Part shown: piece after piece, positions 37,937 through 48,680 of the stretch
How the letters are laid out: each line of letters starts with the position of its first letter
Numbering within the stretch: position 1 is the first letter of the stretch
Source: an uncultured Verrucomicrobiales bacterium
Lineage (GTDB): Bacteria > Verrucomicrobiota > Verrucomicrobiia > Verrucomicrobiales > DEV007
NCBI GenBank assembly: GCA_938091905.1
Contig: CALKOM010000053.1
Coordinates: 31,900 to 95,899 of the forward strand
DNA: 64,000 bases
Direction of reading: 5' to 3'
Translations under genes and position numbers: made by a program
Notes under the pieces: generated by a model
Told to the model about the DNA's origin: nothing
The model's input: the letters and a program-made list of their open reading frames with translations, nothing else
Databases searched by the model: none

Positions 37937-39400
37937 TCAAACGTCGGCCGTGAGACCGAACTCAGGTCGGTAATGCCTACTGAGATGTTTGTTAGCGGCC
38001 TCAGCGTGGGCCCCCGTGAAGATCTCTTTCCTACGATCAATCTCTAGCACAGGTCCCATCACGGGCTTGAAATCTTTGAGGCCGTTGACGGCGAGGTGCT
38101 CCTTGAAGTCTTCGAAGGTTGCTAGAGCCGAATCATTTCCTTTGAACTGCTCGGCGATGGCTTCTTGGCTTGTCTCAGCGCCTACGCGATGGCAGACATT
38201 AGCAGCGTGGCAGATAGCCGCGGAGAGGTGACCATCTTTGGCCGTGCCTTCAATGTCGCTCTCTTTGCGGCTGCGAACCGCCTTGATGAAATTCGCTTGG
38301 TGTGAGGATCCGTCGTTCCAACCACCAAACTTCTTGATCTCATTGCCGTCGTAGTCGTAGGCTTTGGATTCAGCGACGTACCCATTCTCGCACTCAATGA
38401 CGTTGCCCACAGTGATGGCAGCTTTGTGGCCTTCCTTCACGCGGTAGACCGGACGCTGATCAGAACCCTTGGTGATTCCTAGACCGCGGACTTCGAAGAT
38501 GAGCTGACCTTCGTCGTAGTCAAAGATGGCAAACTGTGTGTTTGGCGTCTCGCCGTCGTCCTCGTAGCCGAAACGACCGCCAACACTGATGACGCGTTTG
38601 GGTAAACTGTCAGCGCCGAGCGCCCAGCGTGCCACGTCTGTTTGATGCACGCCTTGATTGCCGAGATCGCCATTGCCATACGCCCACTGCCAGTGCCAGT
38701 CATAGTGGAAACGTCCACGCATGATGGGATCTATCTGTGCTGGGCCGCTCCACAAGTTGTAGTCGACCGTGTCGGGAACCTGCTGCGGCCCACTCACCTT
38801 ACCAATGCTCTTACGACGCTTGTAGCAAAGGCCGCGAGACACCTTGATCTTTCCGAGCTCACCATCTTGGACATACTTGATCGCCTCCTTCCAGCCTGGG
38901 CTCGATCGGCGCTGCATGCCTGACATGATCATCACGTTGTACTTCTTGGCAGCGTCGATAAGACGTTGGCCCTCCCAGATGTTGTGCGTCACGGGCTTCT
39001 CGACGTAGACGTCTTTCCCCGCTTGGGCCGCGTGGACACTCATGGGGGCGTGCCAGTGATTTGGCGTGGCGATGACTACTGCATCGACATCTTTGCGCTC
39101 GAGAATCTTGCGGTAGTCTTGATAGGCGTCCGCTTTCTTCTTGTCCTTGGCCAAACGATTCCGCTTGCTGACGGCATGATCATAATCGGCATCACATACC
39201 GCCACGACGCGGACTCCTTTCAAACGAGAGAACTCGCCAACATGACCGCCACCACGTCCTCCGACACCAAGGATAGCGACACGAATGTCTTCGTTGGCGC
39301 CACGGATGCTGGCCCAGGAACTAGTTGATTGGAGAACGCTAGCGCCCGCAGTGGCGAGGCTGGTTCCGAGAAACTTGCGGCGATTGAATGAATTGCTCAT
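37937..39400 (-). CDS. Tat-exported Gfo/Idh/MocA family oxidoreductase
   Basis: NRRKFLG signal, GVGGRG, ATPNHWH, YVEKP, GDLGNQGVH. Confidence 0.93.
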   Translation of the reverse strand: MSNSFNRRKFLGTSLATAGASVLQSTSSWASIRGANEDIRVAILGVGGRGGGHVGEFSRLKGVRVVAVCDADYDHAVSKRNRLAKDKKKADAYQDYRKILERKDVDAVVIATPNHWHAPMSVHAAQAGKDVYVEKPVTHNIWEGQRLIDAAKKYNVMIMSGMQRRSSPGWKEAIKYVQDGELGKIKVSRGLCYKRRKSIGKVSGPQQVPDTVDYNLWSGPAQIDPIMRGRFHYDWHWQWAYGNGDLGNQGVHQTDVARWALGADSLPKRVISVGGRFGYEDDGETPNTQFAIFDYDEGQLIFEVRGLGITKGSDQRPVYRVKEGHKAAITVGNVIECENGYVAESKAYDYDGNEIKKFGGWNDGSSHQANFIKAVRSRKESDIEGTAKDGHLSAAICHAANVCHRVGAETSQEAIAEQFKGNDSALATFEDFKEHLAVNGLKDFKPVMGPVLEIDRRKEIFTGAHAEAANKHLSRHYRPEFGLTADV

Positions 39401-39492
39401 GAATACGGTAGTCTTCGGGTTTTAAACACCCAAAGACTACCGGCGTCGCTGCTCCCGGAAAAGCTTTTTCCTGCAGGGGAAAGCTTTACTTT

Positions 39493-41184
39493 CTATGGAA
39501 AAATCACCGCACGATAGAATCCAGCGGAATCCTCGGTGCGAGGGATCGAAATGGTCTTCCAATCCGCATCGGTGGCGGTTTCCGTAGAGGAGACGCGTTG
39601 CCAAAGGTGCATGTCAGCCGAGTGCTCGATGTAGTAGGCGTTCTCCTGATTCTGTAACCGGAATTCAATCGTTTCCTCAGAAAGACCCGCGACACGGAAG
39701 GTCGGCAAGTCACCAGGCGAGAGACTCTCCAGGGAGATTAGTTCATCGCCGGGCTGATAATCAACGTAGCTGAAGGGGAGGAAATACATCTCATCCGTAG
39801 TCTTCTCGCCCCAGCCAACGTCTTCCGGTGGTCGGTTAGGATTGGCGAAGTTGCTAGACGTGTTGTCGTAACCCGCCGTCGCGAGAATCCGTGAACCTTT
39901 GGGTGCATGAATGTAACGGTCGAAGGTGTAGTTGCCTTGCCAGTTGAAATCCCAATCGCCAATACGGATTAAGTTCTCGCTCGTGCCATCGGGGCGCTCC
40001 AGCACGATCTCCCATCCTGAGCCGAGGTAGTGCATGTGCGGCCACACCCCAACGAGACTGATGTCTTTGCTAATCTCCCATTTACCAACAAAGGATCTCT
40101 TGCGATCGGCCGGGATATCAAATTGAAAAAAACCGGCAACGGTACCGCCGACTTGGTCCCCGAACACCGTATCTAGTGTAGCGTTCTGACCAAGGTTACG
40201 GACATCGGTTGAGGTGATCGTCTCACCCAAGAATTCATTGATGCCACCGGCGATGAGGGGACCGGCGAGCGCCCCGAGGAACGGGTTGAGTTCGTAATAT
40301 TCATTGTTCGAATCAACGAGGTCGGTAGGCAGCATGAGTCGCGCCTGGATGTATCGCTCAACGGGCTTGTCGGCAAAGAAGAGATTGAGGCTAGACTGGT
40401 CACTAGCGCTGGAAGGCCACGGCGCGTAATGAACTTGCAAGAGAATATCAGAGCCTGCAGGAAGTTTAAGGCCGGTGCCCGGAGGAAAGAAGCGTGGTGT
40501 CGCGCCCGGGACCCAGCCGGGATAGGCCAAGCCGTCTAGGGCTGACAGGTCGTCTCCGAAATCGCCAAAGGAGGGGTAACCCTCACCCTGATTGCGCGCA
40601 TCAATCTCCCGTGCCCTTCCTGAATCGTCGAGCGAAATCAGCGCGTGGTGAACGATCTCGGCTTTGCCCGCCCGAAACTCAACGGCGACTAGGTCCTTGT
40701 CTTCCGTCAGTCCCGTGGGAAGGACGAAGACTCGATACTCGTCACGGCCGTTACCCGTGATCTCGTAGGCGTTTGCCATCGTTAGAGTCAAATCGGGTTC
40801 GCCCAAGACAGAGCCTTCCGGGTAATTGGGTAGGGCCGTGGCCAAAGCGGGATCGCCTTCAGGCATGTCCGCGGCGACCCAAGCTTTGATCAACTCCTTC
40901 TGGTCATCTGTGAGACCGCGTTCGCCCACTAATCGGCTAAAGGAGCGATCTGGCGGCCAAGGAGGCATGGTGCCTTCGTGAACAACAATATCAATGGCAT
41001 TGGCGAATGCGGAAACTTCGGCATAGTTGGTCAGCGGCATAGGTCCAATCTCGCCCTCTCGGTGGCACACGGTGCAATTATTGAAAATCAGTGGCGCGAT
41101 GTGCTCATTGAAGGTCACCTGGCCGGAAGCGGCGGTCATGCCAATGAGTGTGGTGAGGAGAAGAGTTAGCTTTGGGAGCTTCAT
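39493..41184 (-). CDS. Exported heme-c plus copper type II (PHM/DBH-like) monooxygenase-domain protein
   Basis: Signal peptide, CTVCH, MPPW, IVHH, QVHY, PHMH, WDFNWQ, TDEM. Confidence 0.8.
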   Translation of the reverse strand: MKLPKLTLLLTTLIGMTAASGQVTFNEHIAPLIFNNCTVCHREGEIGPMPLTNYAEVSAFANAIDIVVHEGTMPPWPPDRSFSRLVGERGLTDDQKELIKAWVAADMPEGDPALATALPNYPEGSVLGEPDLTLTMANAYEITGNGRDEYRVFVLPTGLTEDKDLVAVEFRAGKAEIVHHALISLDDSGRAREIDARNQGEGYPSFGDFGDDLSALDGLAYPGWVPGATPRFFPPGTGLKLPAGSDILLQVHYAPWPSSASDQSSLNLFFADKPVERYIQARLMLPTDLVDSNNEYYELNPFLGALAGPLIAGGINEFLGETITSTDVRNLGQNATLDTVFGDQVGGTVAGFFQFDIPADRKRSFVGKWEISKDISLVGVWPHMHYLGSGWEIVLERPDGTSENLIRIGDWDFNWQGNYTFDRYIHAPKGSRILATAGYDNTSSNFANPNRPPEDVGWGEKTTDEMYFLPFSYVDYQPGDELISLESLSPGDLPTFRVAGLSEETIEFRLQNQENAYYIEHSADMHLWQRVSSTETATDADWKTISIPRTEDSAGFYRAVIFP

Positions 41185-41187
41185 GAC

Positions 41188-41718
41188 TTACTTGGGATTG
41201 GGTTTAGAAAAAGTGATAGCACAACCGACGGGCGTGGTCTTGGGGACGGGAACCGCGGAATCCGTAAGGAGCGCAGCGAGCGCCAGTTTGAGATCGTGAG
41301 TGTGCGCCTTGGGGCGGCGTTTGCTGATGGCGACAAAAGCATCGTCGATTCTTCCCCGATAAATGAGCGCGTCTTTGGCATCGTAAACGAACACTTCAGG
41401 AACGATCGTTGCCCCCAGTTCGGTTGCTTTCGATTGGTCTGAATCGGCCGAAACTGGAAACGGAATCTCAAATTTCCTTCGATAGGCCGCGACGGTCGCT
41501 TGGGTAGCAAGGCGGTTGGGCACGTATCCTTGAAACCGAACACCGCGTGGTGCGTAAATCTCATGGCACTCACGCAGAGCAGTGAGGCCATGGCGGGCGA
41601 TAGGGCAGCCCGGATCGAGCAGCACGACAACCCGCCCCCACGTCTTAGGCGTGGCCTCTGGTGCCGCGGTAGCGCCGAGAAGACAGAGGGCCAGGAGGAT
41701 GAAGGAAGCGAAGCGCAC
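41188..41718 (-). CDS. Exported redoxin (thioredoxin-fold, AhpC/TSA-like) protein
   Basis: Signal, GCPIA, GAT.VPEVFV, YRGRIDD, C-terminal VGC; 3 bp from the downstream gene. Confidence 0.85.
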   Translation of the reverse strand: MRFASFILLALCLLGATAAPEATPKTWGRVVVLLDPGCPIARHGLTALRECHEIYAPRGVRFQGYVPNRLATQATVAAYRRKFEIPFPVSADSDQSKATELGATIVPEVFVYDAKDALIYRGRIDDAFVAISKRRPKAHTHDLKLALAALLTDSAVPVPKTTPVGCAITFSKPNPK

Positions 41719-41829
41719 TTTGTAATATGCTTCGAGTCGAGCTGGGAGGCAAGGGGCACTGCGTAGCTATTCGTAGGCCCCTAGCGAGTCCAGACAAAGT
41801 CTCCTCGGGTACGGTTTCCGCGCTCGGTC

Positions 41830-42055
41830 GGTTGCCCGCCGTCATCGATGATTGATGCCACTCGATTGAGTAAAGCCGATAGTCTGACGGATCCGAGCTG
41901 GGAGCGTAGCGCCAGGTGTCGCCCTTGGGATTGTCCGGCAGAGCTTCGAGAACGCTGGGCATCAACGCATCCAGTCCCTGCGGGTCAGTTTGGTGGTTCA
42001 AGTAGTGACGTCCGAGGGCAACCGCCAACGTTGCTTGTTGGACCTGAGTGTCCAT
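41830..42055 (-). pseudogene. Remnant of a GspG-C-terminus-like domain
   Basis: ATLAVALGRHYL...P..LDALMP..L..LP.NP.G..WRY......YRLYSIEW, then after a frameshift IDDGG; matches the pattern AL..Y....YP.L..LVP...LP.DP...Y.....LYS.G.N..DDGG. Confidence 0.55.
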
Positions 42056-42129
42056 TGGCTTTTCCTAAAGACGCATGGCAAGTCCGCCCTCGTCTGAAAT
42101 TGTTTCTGAATCTTTCTTCCAGAAAACCA

Positions 42130-43035
42130 CAGGTTCGAACGGCCGACCCAACGTTTGCTCTTTCAGCGAAAACGCCCGCTGAGTCTTACACGATGGAGAT
42201 CGCGTTCACGAGGTTGTCATCGTGCAAGCAAGCCTTATCCATGGTCAGTCCTCCTGGAGAAACGGGGCGGTTGTGCATTGCTCAGAAGTGGAGCGAGATT
42301 ACGGTTCTGACCAAGTTGCCGGGCACGACGCAGGACTTTCTCGATATTGAAGACAAGGTCTCTACCAGTGGTGAGTCAGGATTGTTAGGGCTGGCCTTCA
42401 TCCTAACTGTACCGCGAATGGATATTTCTAGATCTTCTATTTCTTCTCTGACGATGTCGACCAGAAGCCGGGCAGTGTGACTCCGAACGCTCATCCTTCG
42501 GTGCAGCGAGTGATCGCGCCTGGCGTGACCTCCACTTCGATGATCTGGAATCGAAGGGGAACGCGGGGGGCTCACGCATGCCTCCCATTAGTTCCAATGT
42601 GATTGATTTAGAAGGAAGGAAGGAAGCTGATTACGGATTGGATTACCAACGAACCACCGTCCTGGCAGATTTTCGGAGACTGGTAGAGTATTCATTTCTT
42701 GGAGCCGAATGCACCAGAAGCCTCTTTGGGTGCAGATCCCGATGGGGATGAGCGGTCAAATGAAGTGCAGTTTCTGACACCAACGCTCCCGAATGACAAT
42801 CAGAGCGCCTGGGATCTCATCTCCCAAGTAGTGGGGGGGACCACTACATTGGCTACCCGACGATCTTTGGTCGAGCGACGCTTATCGAGGTGAGTATCGA
42901 CGCGGTGACATGGGTCCCATGGCAAGACCCAAGCAACGGGCTATTCTACGCTTCTGGCTCGGCAGCCACGGTGAGCATGATCCCATATCCGGATTGGATG
43001 AGGTGGTTGTTAGTCTTCGTTTGATTTCTCGTTGA
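42130..43035 (+). pseudogene. Fragmented PQQ-dependent sugar dehydrogenase (GSDH)-type secreted protein
   Basis: SPPGETGRL...FLDI.DKV...GESGLLGLAF, 1-bp frameshift, then PN...NGYF-stop; later DPDGD..SN..QF and IEVSIDAVTW fragments. Confidence 0.7.
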
Positions 43036-43039
43036 GCCT

Positions 43040-44350
43040 TTAACTCAAGTCCCGCATAGAACCGGTGGACGAGGCGAAGCGTTCGACGTCGAGGTTCATT
43101 TGTTCTAGCATGCTGACAAATAGATTCGGTAGCGGATAATTGTCGTCGCGATCGAAGGCGAGGTGTTGGCCGTGCTGGAAGCCGCCGCCTGCCAGGAGAA
43201 TGGGCATGTTGTCGGTGGTGTGTTTATTCGCATCACCGAAGTTACTTCCGTAGAGAACCATCGTGCGGTCAAGCAACGTCTCGTCGGCTTCGCGGACAGA
43301 TTTGAGATCACCTAGCAGATTGCCTATGAGGCGCATGTGTTCGCGGTCGATGGCCTGAAGCTGTTTCAGCTTGGATTCGATCTTCCCGTGATGAGAGAGA
43401 TTGTGGTAGCCATCCGAGATTTCGGCACCCTTCACTTCGATGGTCGGTGAGTTCGTGCTGTCTAACAAGAGGGTGACACTGCGCGTGGAATCCGTTTCGA
43501 AAGCCAGCCTGGCCATCTGATACATGAGCCGTGTCTTCTCCATGTAGGCGCTGGAGTTCTCCGGATCCTCGGGTATGGGGGCGCTTGGCTTGGGCTTGGG
43601 TTTCTGCTCCCAATCGCGTGAAGCGGCCATGCGTTTCTCTACTTCACGCACGGAGGTGAAGTACTGATCGAGCCGGTCGCGGTCGCTGGCACTGAGTCGG
43701 CCTTGAAGTGACCTCGACTGATCGGCGAGCGTGTCCATGATGCTTTGTCCAAGCTCTAACTTTTTCACCTGACGCGCAACTTCCGTGGGAGAGCCTTGGA
43801 GAAAGAGTTGCCGGTAGACGTCTGAGGCCTTGTTCGTGCACGGGATAAGAACCCCGGAGTCTGTCCATGAGAGACTGCGACTCCCCGCCTTCGCATTCAC
43901 GCCAAGGGTCAGAGAAGGGAAGCGGGTCAGGTGTCCAACTTTGGCGGCGACGAATTGATCTAACGAAATGCTATTTCGAAAGCCGCCACCTCCAGGATGT
44001 GCTGCCGCTGTGAGGAAAGAGACATCCGAAGCGTGTGATCCGTCGACGCTCGGATGAGAGACGCCACTGAAGACGGTGAAGTCGTCGCGATACGCTGCAA
44101 GTTCATTCAGATACGGCGAAAGCTTGTAGTCACGTCCGGATTCAGTCGGAAAGAATTCCCCTGGAAGAACGCCCAAGTTGTTGCAGATGGCAAAGAGACG
44201 GCGGGGCTTTGCGATGTCCGATTTCGCGGCGAAGGCGGGCGTCATGGCCTCAAGCATGGGCAGCGCTAACGATACGCCAAAGCCTCGCAAGAACTGCCGT
44301 CGGCCGAGTCGGTTGGCCCTGGACGCGAGGTAAGGGGTGTGCGGTTTCAT
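43040..44350 (-). CDS. DUF1552 family protein (Tat signal)
   Basis: [68 protein letters not shown]. Confidence 0.9.
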   Translation of the reverse strand: MKPHTPYLASRANRLGRRQFLRGFGVSLALPMLEAMTPAFAAKSDIAKPRRLFAICNNLGVLPGEFFPTESGRDYKLSPYLNELAAYRDDFTVFSGVSHPSVDGSHASDVSFLTAAAHPGGGGFRNSISLDQFVAAKVGHLTRFPSLTLGVNAKAGSRSLSWTDSGVLIPCTNKASDVYRQLFLQGSPTEVARQVKKLELGQSIMDTLADQSRSLQGRLSASDRDRLDQYFTSVREVEKRMAASRDWEQKPKPKPSAPIPEDPENSSAYMEKTRLMYQMARLAFETDSTRSVTLLLDSTNSPTIEVKGAEISDGYHNLSHHGKIESKLKQLQAIDREHMRLIGNLLGDLKSVREADETLLDRTMVLYGSNFGDANKHTTDNMPILLAGGGFQHGQHLAFDRDDNYPLPNLFVSMLEQMNLDVERFASSTGSMRDLS

Positions 44351-46902
44351 TTGATCTGAAAAAGTCGGCTATCGACCAAGGCGTGGATGAGAGAGCGAAC
44401 CCCGTGACTCTCGGCTTCGGTGCGGTTGAGGATGGCCTCCACTTCATCCCGGTCGGAGAAGCTGACTGGTGCTCCCGTGGCAAAAGTGATGAGACGATGC
44501 AGCAAGTTGCGGGCTATCTGGCGTTCGTCCTCAAGTAAGAGCGCCTTTAATCCACGAATATCTTTGAACGCGCGGCCATCCTCTAGTCGGCCGCTGGGGT
44601 CCACTTTGGGCCCGTGTCGAAAGGTGAATAGGTGCCCATTTTTTCCAATGCCCTCGGCGGGCTCGCCGTCGTCGCCTACACTTCGGTAGCGCTCACGCCA
44701 TCCGCCGGCGACATCGAAGCTTTCAAGCGCGAAGCCTGCCGGATCAAACTTCTCGTGGCAGCTCTTACACGAGGCGTGCGAACGGTGGAGATCGAGTTGC
44801 TCGCGGATGGTCTTGGCTCCACGGATGTCTGGTTCGATCGCCCCAACGCCAGAAGGTGGGGGCGGGATTTCTACACCTAACAGGCGTTCCATGATCCAAG
44901 CACCGCGTAGGACGGGTGTGGTCGTTGTGCCATTGGCGGTGACTGTCAATACGCTGGCGTGCGTGAGAAGCCCGCCTCGTGGGCTATCCGCTGGAACAGG
45001 TAATCGCTTAAGCGCCACGCCTTCCGTGGTAGGTAGATTGTAGTGTTGCGATAGTCTTTCGTTGGCGAAGATAAAGTCGCTATGGATAAGATTTCTGACA
45101 GGCAAGTCTTCGTCAATGAGTTCGCGAAAGAAGCGGCGCGTTTCGAGAATAGAGGATTCTGTCAGAAGATCGTCGAGGTAGTAGTCGGGATAAAGGGTGG
45201 CATCTGGCGAGTTCGTGTTGATTTCGCGAAGATCGAGCCAGTAGTCGAGGAAGGTGTTGATGAAGCGATCAGACTTGGGGTCGTTGAGGAGACGTTCTGT
45301 TTGGCTTCTTGGATCAGAGGCTTCACGAAGCGAAGAGTCTGGCACACCGTTCCAAAGAAACGTGGCGAGGCGTTCTGCGAGGGCGGTGGTCGAAAGTTCT
45401 CCCGGCGTGGACTCCAGATAGAGGAAATCGGACGAGCAGAGCATGGCCGCGTAGGCGGTGATCATGGCGTCGGTGAAATCATGATCAAACTTGCGAGCCT
45501 CATTGTAGATCTTCAGGTAAGGGGCGACCTTGTTCTCAGCATTGCCATGACGCCGAAGCACGCGATTGAGAAAGCGAACTAACAATGGCCGTGGCTCGTC
45601 GGCCTGCACGGTCACTTCCGAACGATCAGAAACCGCAAAAGGCGTGTCTCCGAAGAGGGCTTGGTAGCTTTGCGGTGGCCAAGTTTCGCGCAAGGGCCCT
45701 TCAAGTTCCAGCCACTGAAAGGCGACGCCGGGGATGCCAGCTTCGGAAGCGTTTGGATTGCCTTTAAAACCTGGACGAGTGCGCACCAGTCGCGTGGCAT
45801 CGGGCCGAATGCCTTCGCCTGACTGCAGATGGATTTCGCGCTCGATCACTTTGGCTTCGGGAAAGGAATCGAAGGTCGTGAGCCAGCGATTGTCACCGCT
45901 CTCTGCCAGGGCGTAAAGCGTGACCGGCTCACTGCGATTGCCGGGGAACGCTTCATTGCGATTGGGTCGCCACCAGGCTTGCCGACCGCCAGTAAGGCCT
46001 TCGTCATCGCCACCACTGCGTCCGTTTAGACCAGCAAGGAAAGTGTAAGTCTTCATCCTGACTTTGTAACGGCCATCCGTAGGGACATGTTTCCGCATAC
46101 GCGTGAAATCATACTTAGTCGTGGCGGAATAGGTTCCTGACACGAAACCAACGGCCTCTTGTGTGCGAATTTCCGGATTGCTTGAGCCGACGCTAAAGGG
46201 CTCATTTCCTCGAATGACTTCTGGTTGCGTCGTGGTGCCGATGAGCGGGATGGCTGCCCGCGTGGCAGAGCTTTGCAAGCGACGGTAGTGAAGGTAACCC
46301 TTCATCTTGTCCTCGTCGCGAGCATAGAAACGTGTCGTCTTGCTAGGGTGTGCAGCTGCTCGAAGGGCGGCGCGGAGACCGAGCTCGGCCACTTCAAAGA
46401 ACTTGGCGATCTGCACGTGCGAGACATCAAGACGCTCGCCAGACTTGTTGAAGAGATGAGCCGTGCTGTCTTCTGGCAGATGGTCTGCGAGTTGCAGCCA
46501 CGGAGCGTCTAGCACTTCGCGCAACGCATTTCCAAACTCGTGGCGGTTTAAGCGGCGCACGGAGGCTCTTCCCTTGGTGGCAATGCGTTTGCGGTCAGCC
46601 TCCTTTAAGGGGCCAGCAATCAATGGCAGGAAAGCGTCTAGTTCAGTCGTTGATGGTCTCGCCTTGACCTTCTTTGGAGGCATCTCATCCTGCTTGATTC
46701 GGTCGTGCACATGACGCCATTGATCGAATGTTTCTGGTTGTGTGAGATCGAACGCGAGGGCTTCCAAGTTGAGATCGCCCTTCTGTAAGTCGCTATCGTG
46801 ACATTCAAAGCAATGCTTCTCCAGGAACCCATGTCTTTCGACTGCATTGGCATCAAGGCCGAGAAGCGTCGCAAGGAGGGGCAGGATGAGCGAACGAGGC
46901 AT
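44347..46902 (-). CDS. DUF1592/DUF1588-type (PSD/PSCyt) diheme cytochrome c-domain protein
   Basis: CFECH and [48 protein letters not shown]; 4-bp overlap with the DUF1552 gene. Confidence 0.9.
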   Translation of the reverse strand: MPRSLILPLLATLLGLDANAVERHGFLEKHCFECHDSDLQKGDLNLEALAFDLTQPETFDQWRHVHDRIKQDEMPPKKVKARPSTTELDAFLPLIAGPLKEADRKRIATKGRASVRRLNRHEFGNALREVLDAPWLQLADHLPEDSTAHLFNKSGERLDVSHVQIAKFFEVAELGLRAALRAAAHPSKTTRFYARDEDKMKGYLHYRRLQSSATRAAIPLIGTTTQPEVIRGNEPFSVGSSNPEIRTQEAVGFVSGTYSATTKYDFTRMRKHVPTDGRYKVRMKTYTFLAGLNGRSGGDDEGLTGGRQAWWRPNRNEAFPGNRSEPVTLYALAESGDNRWLTTFDSFPEAKVIEREIHLQSGEGIRPDATRLVRTRPGFKGNPNASEAGIPGVAFQWLELEGPLRETWPPQSYQALFGDTPFAVSDRSEVTVQADEPRPLLVRFLNRVLRRHGNAENKVAPYLKIYNEARKFDHDFTDAMITAYAAMLCSSDFLYLESTPGELSTTALAERLATFLWNGVPDSSLREASDPRSQTERLLNDPKSDRFINTFLDYWLDLREINTNSPDATLYPDYYLDDLLTESSILETRRFFRELIDEDLPVRNLIHSDFIFANERLSQHYNLPTTEGVALKRLPVPADSPRGGLLTHASVLTVTANGTTTTPVLRGAWIMERLLGVEIPPPPSGVGAIEPDIRGAKTIREQLDLHRSHASCKSCHEKFDPAGFALESFDVAGGWRERYRSVGDDGEPAEGIGKNGHLFTFRHGPKVDPSGRLEDGRAFKDIRGLKALLLEDERQIARNLLHRLITFATGAPVSFSDRDEVEAILNRTEAESHGVRSLIHALVDSRLFQIK

Positions 46903-46962
46903 GTGTTTCTAAACCGGTTACGGGCGTCTGTGTTGCGAACCTGCTCTTAATCACCGACATCC

Positions 46963-47768
46963 ATGTCTCGCTTCGTCCTGCTAGCGTTCTTGCTGATGAC
47001 CAACGTGTTTGGTGCACCCATCGCCTTGGGCCTGGATGAGAGCCAGCCGCCGTTGGCCTTTGCACAGAGTGAGATTCGGAAAGCATTGGAGATGCCCAAG
47101 TTGACAAGGTGATGCGTAACACCGTCTCGCCGGATGCTGTGGTCGAAGGCTATGAGATGCACTCGAAACCGAGTAGCTACAAAGTTCGTAGCGCATCCGT
47201 GATCGAGGCCATGTATGGTGGCCTGGAGTTTGCGGAATCGTTGCGGTTGAAGCGTGAGGTGTGGAAGGACGATTTGTGGCATGAGAAGCCTTTCCTGAAG
47301 AAGCGTCGGTTCAAGTTTAATGTGCTTTTAGATGCACGTACGCCGAGCTATGTCGATTCGGGGGATGCAGCTCAACGGAATATCACAGAGATGTGGAACT
47401 TTGAGTTCTGGCAGGAGTATCTCGATCAGATGGCGATTCATCGCGACAACGTGCTCACGCTTTGGGATCTCCATCCGTTTCCTTCTATGGTGAAGATGAT
47501 AGAATAGCCTGAGGTGGCGTTGGATGATGTGTGTGTGACCACGCTTACCCCAATGGCAAAGAGAACGAATGGGGAGAGCCACAACTCGTGGGATCGATTT
47601 CTACTTCATCACGTGGACTATCTGCCCAAACAGTATGGCCCAGTCTGTGAAAGCAGGATACCAAACATACGGAATCAATGTCAGTGAGGAATCGCCAGGG
47701 AAGCACTGGGTTCCCCATCAGATTGATAATCCGGCCATGATTCAGTATCTGCGCGATAGTGTGAAGGC
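46963..47768 (+). pseudogene. Fragmented secreted glycoside-hydrolase-like protein
   Basis: Signal peptide MSRFVLLAFLL, frameshift, MYGGLEFAE...KFNVLLDARTPSY.D.GDAAQ.NI.EMW..EFW..YLD...LW.LHPFPSMVK, in-frame stop then PEVALDD, further breaks; ends at the convergent gene. Confidence 0.7.
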
Positions 47769-48554
47769 CTACTCCATCAACGATTGACGCGCTGACGTGG
47801 CCTCCTCGGAATCGATCTCTTTGCCATAATCGGTCTCGATCCGGCGTCGAACGCGCTGGGCAATGAGAGTCTCCTCTTTTAGTTTAGCGATGGTGCCGTC
47901 CAGGTCTGAGTTGGACGATGGGGAGGCATTTGCTCCGAGAGGATCCAAGATGGTTCCGAGATTGAGGTGCAGTGCTGCTAGTGTTTGGTGGGCATGTTCC
48001 ACGCGTGCCACGAGATCATCTTCACATCCTTTCAGCGAGGCTACCTGGGCGAGACCCGGACGCCGACGGCCTTTCTTCAAGGTGTAACGAATGTCAGCAA
48101 TACGCATGAGTTCATCCGAGACCTCAAAGCAGAGGGAATCGACTAGCTTCTCCATCTCCTCTTTCTGTCCGGTGAGTTCGCCAGATTCGTGCAGACCGCG
48201 CTCGATGTGTTTCTTCAGATAGATAAAGCGCTTTAGGGAATCTGATAGGTCATAACACTTGTAACGTTTGAGTTGCTTGACGTGGCGGTATAAGTTGTCG
48301 TTCTGGTCCTCATTGTGCTCGTCGGCCCACTTGGCAGATGCCTTGGCTTTCAACTGCGGCCAGCGTGTCTTCCAAAAGAGTCCACCGCCCACCATCGCCC
48401 CAGCGGCAACGAGGAAGCCAAGGGCTGAGCCGATCAAGGCGCCTCCGCCCAGTCCAGCGATAGGGATCCAGGTCATTGGATGCCGCTTCATGCGTTTCCA
48501 AATCTCCTTCAGGAGTTCCTTGGTGGGAATGGGAAAGGTGGAGCGTGAATCCAT
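47769..48554 (-). CDS. Hypothetical protein with N-terminal membrane hairpin and coiled-coil body
   Basis: 261-aa ORF with a Gly-rich hydrophobic segment; upstream TTGAAA-N16-TAGAAT. Confidence 0.75.
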   Translation of the reverse strand: MDSRSTFPIPTKELLKEIWKRMKRHPMTWIPIAGLGGGALIGSALGFLVAAGAMVGGGLFWKTRWPQLKAKASAKWADEHNEDQNDNLYRHVKQLKRYKCYDLSDSLKRFIYLKKHIERGLHESGELTGQKEEMEKLVDSLCFEVSDELMRIADIRYTLKKGRRRPGLAQVASLKGCEDDLVARVEHAHQTLAALHLNLGTILDPLGANASPSSNSDLDGTIAKLKEETLIAQRVRRRIETDYGKEIDSEEATSARQSLME

Positions 48555-48564
48555 GGTTGCCGTT

Positions 48565-48592
48565 ATTCTAGATCGCCTCGGACGGGTTTCAA
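48565..48592 (-). promoter_or_regulatory. Candidate sigma70 promoter
   Basis: Minus strand TTGAAA-N16-TAGAAT, 10 nt before ATG 48554. Confidence 0.55.
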
Positions 48593-48680
48593 ATCCTTAG
48601 CAGGGAGGGCAATGTCTCTGATCGACGAAGAAGGGCGAGACCATTGGCCTCGCCCTTCCTGGGTGCTAAAGCGTTGGAAG

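Noticed and set aside
43040..46902. DUF1592/DUF1552 pair as a novel system
   Set aside because: Function unknown, but it is a well-recognised, highly paralogous PVC gene pair and nothing unusual is visible in this copy.
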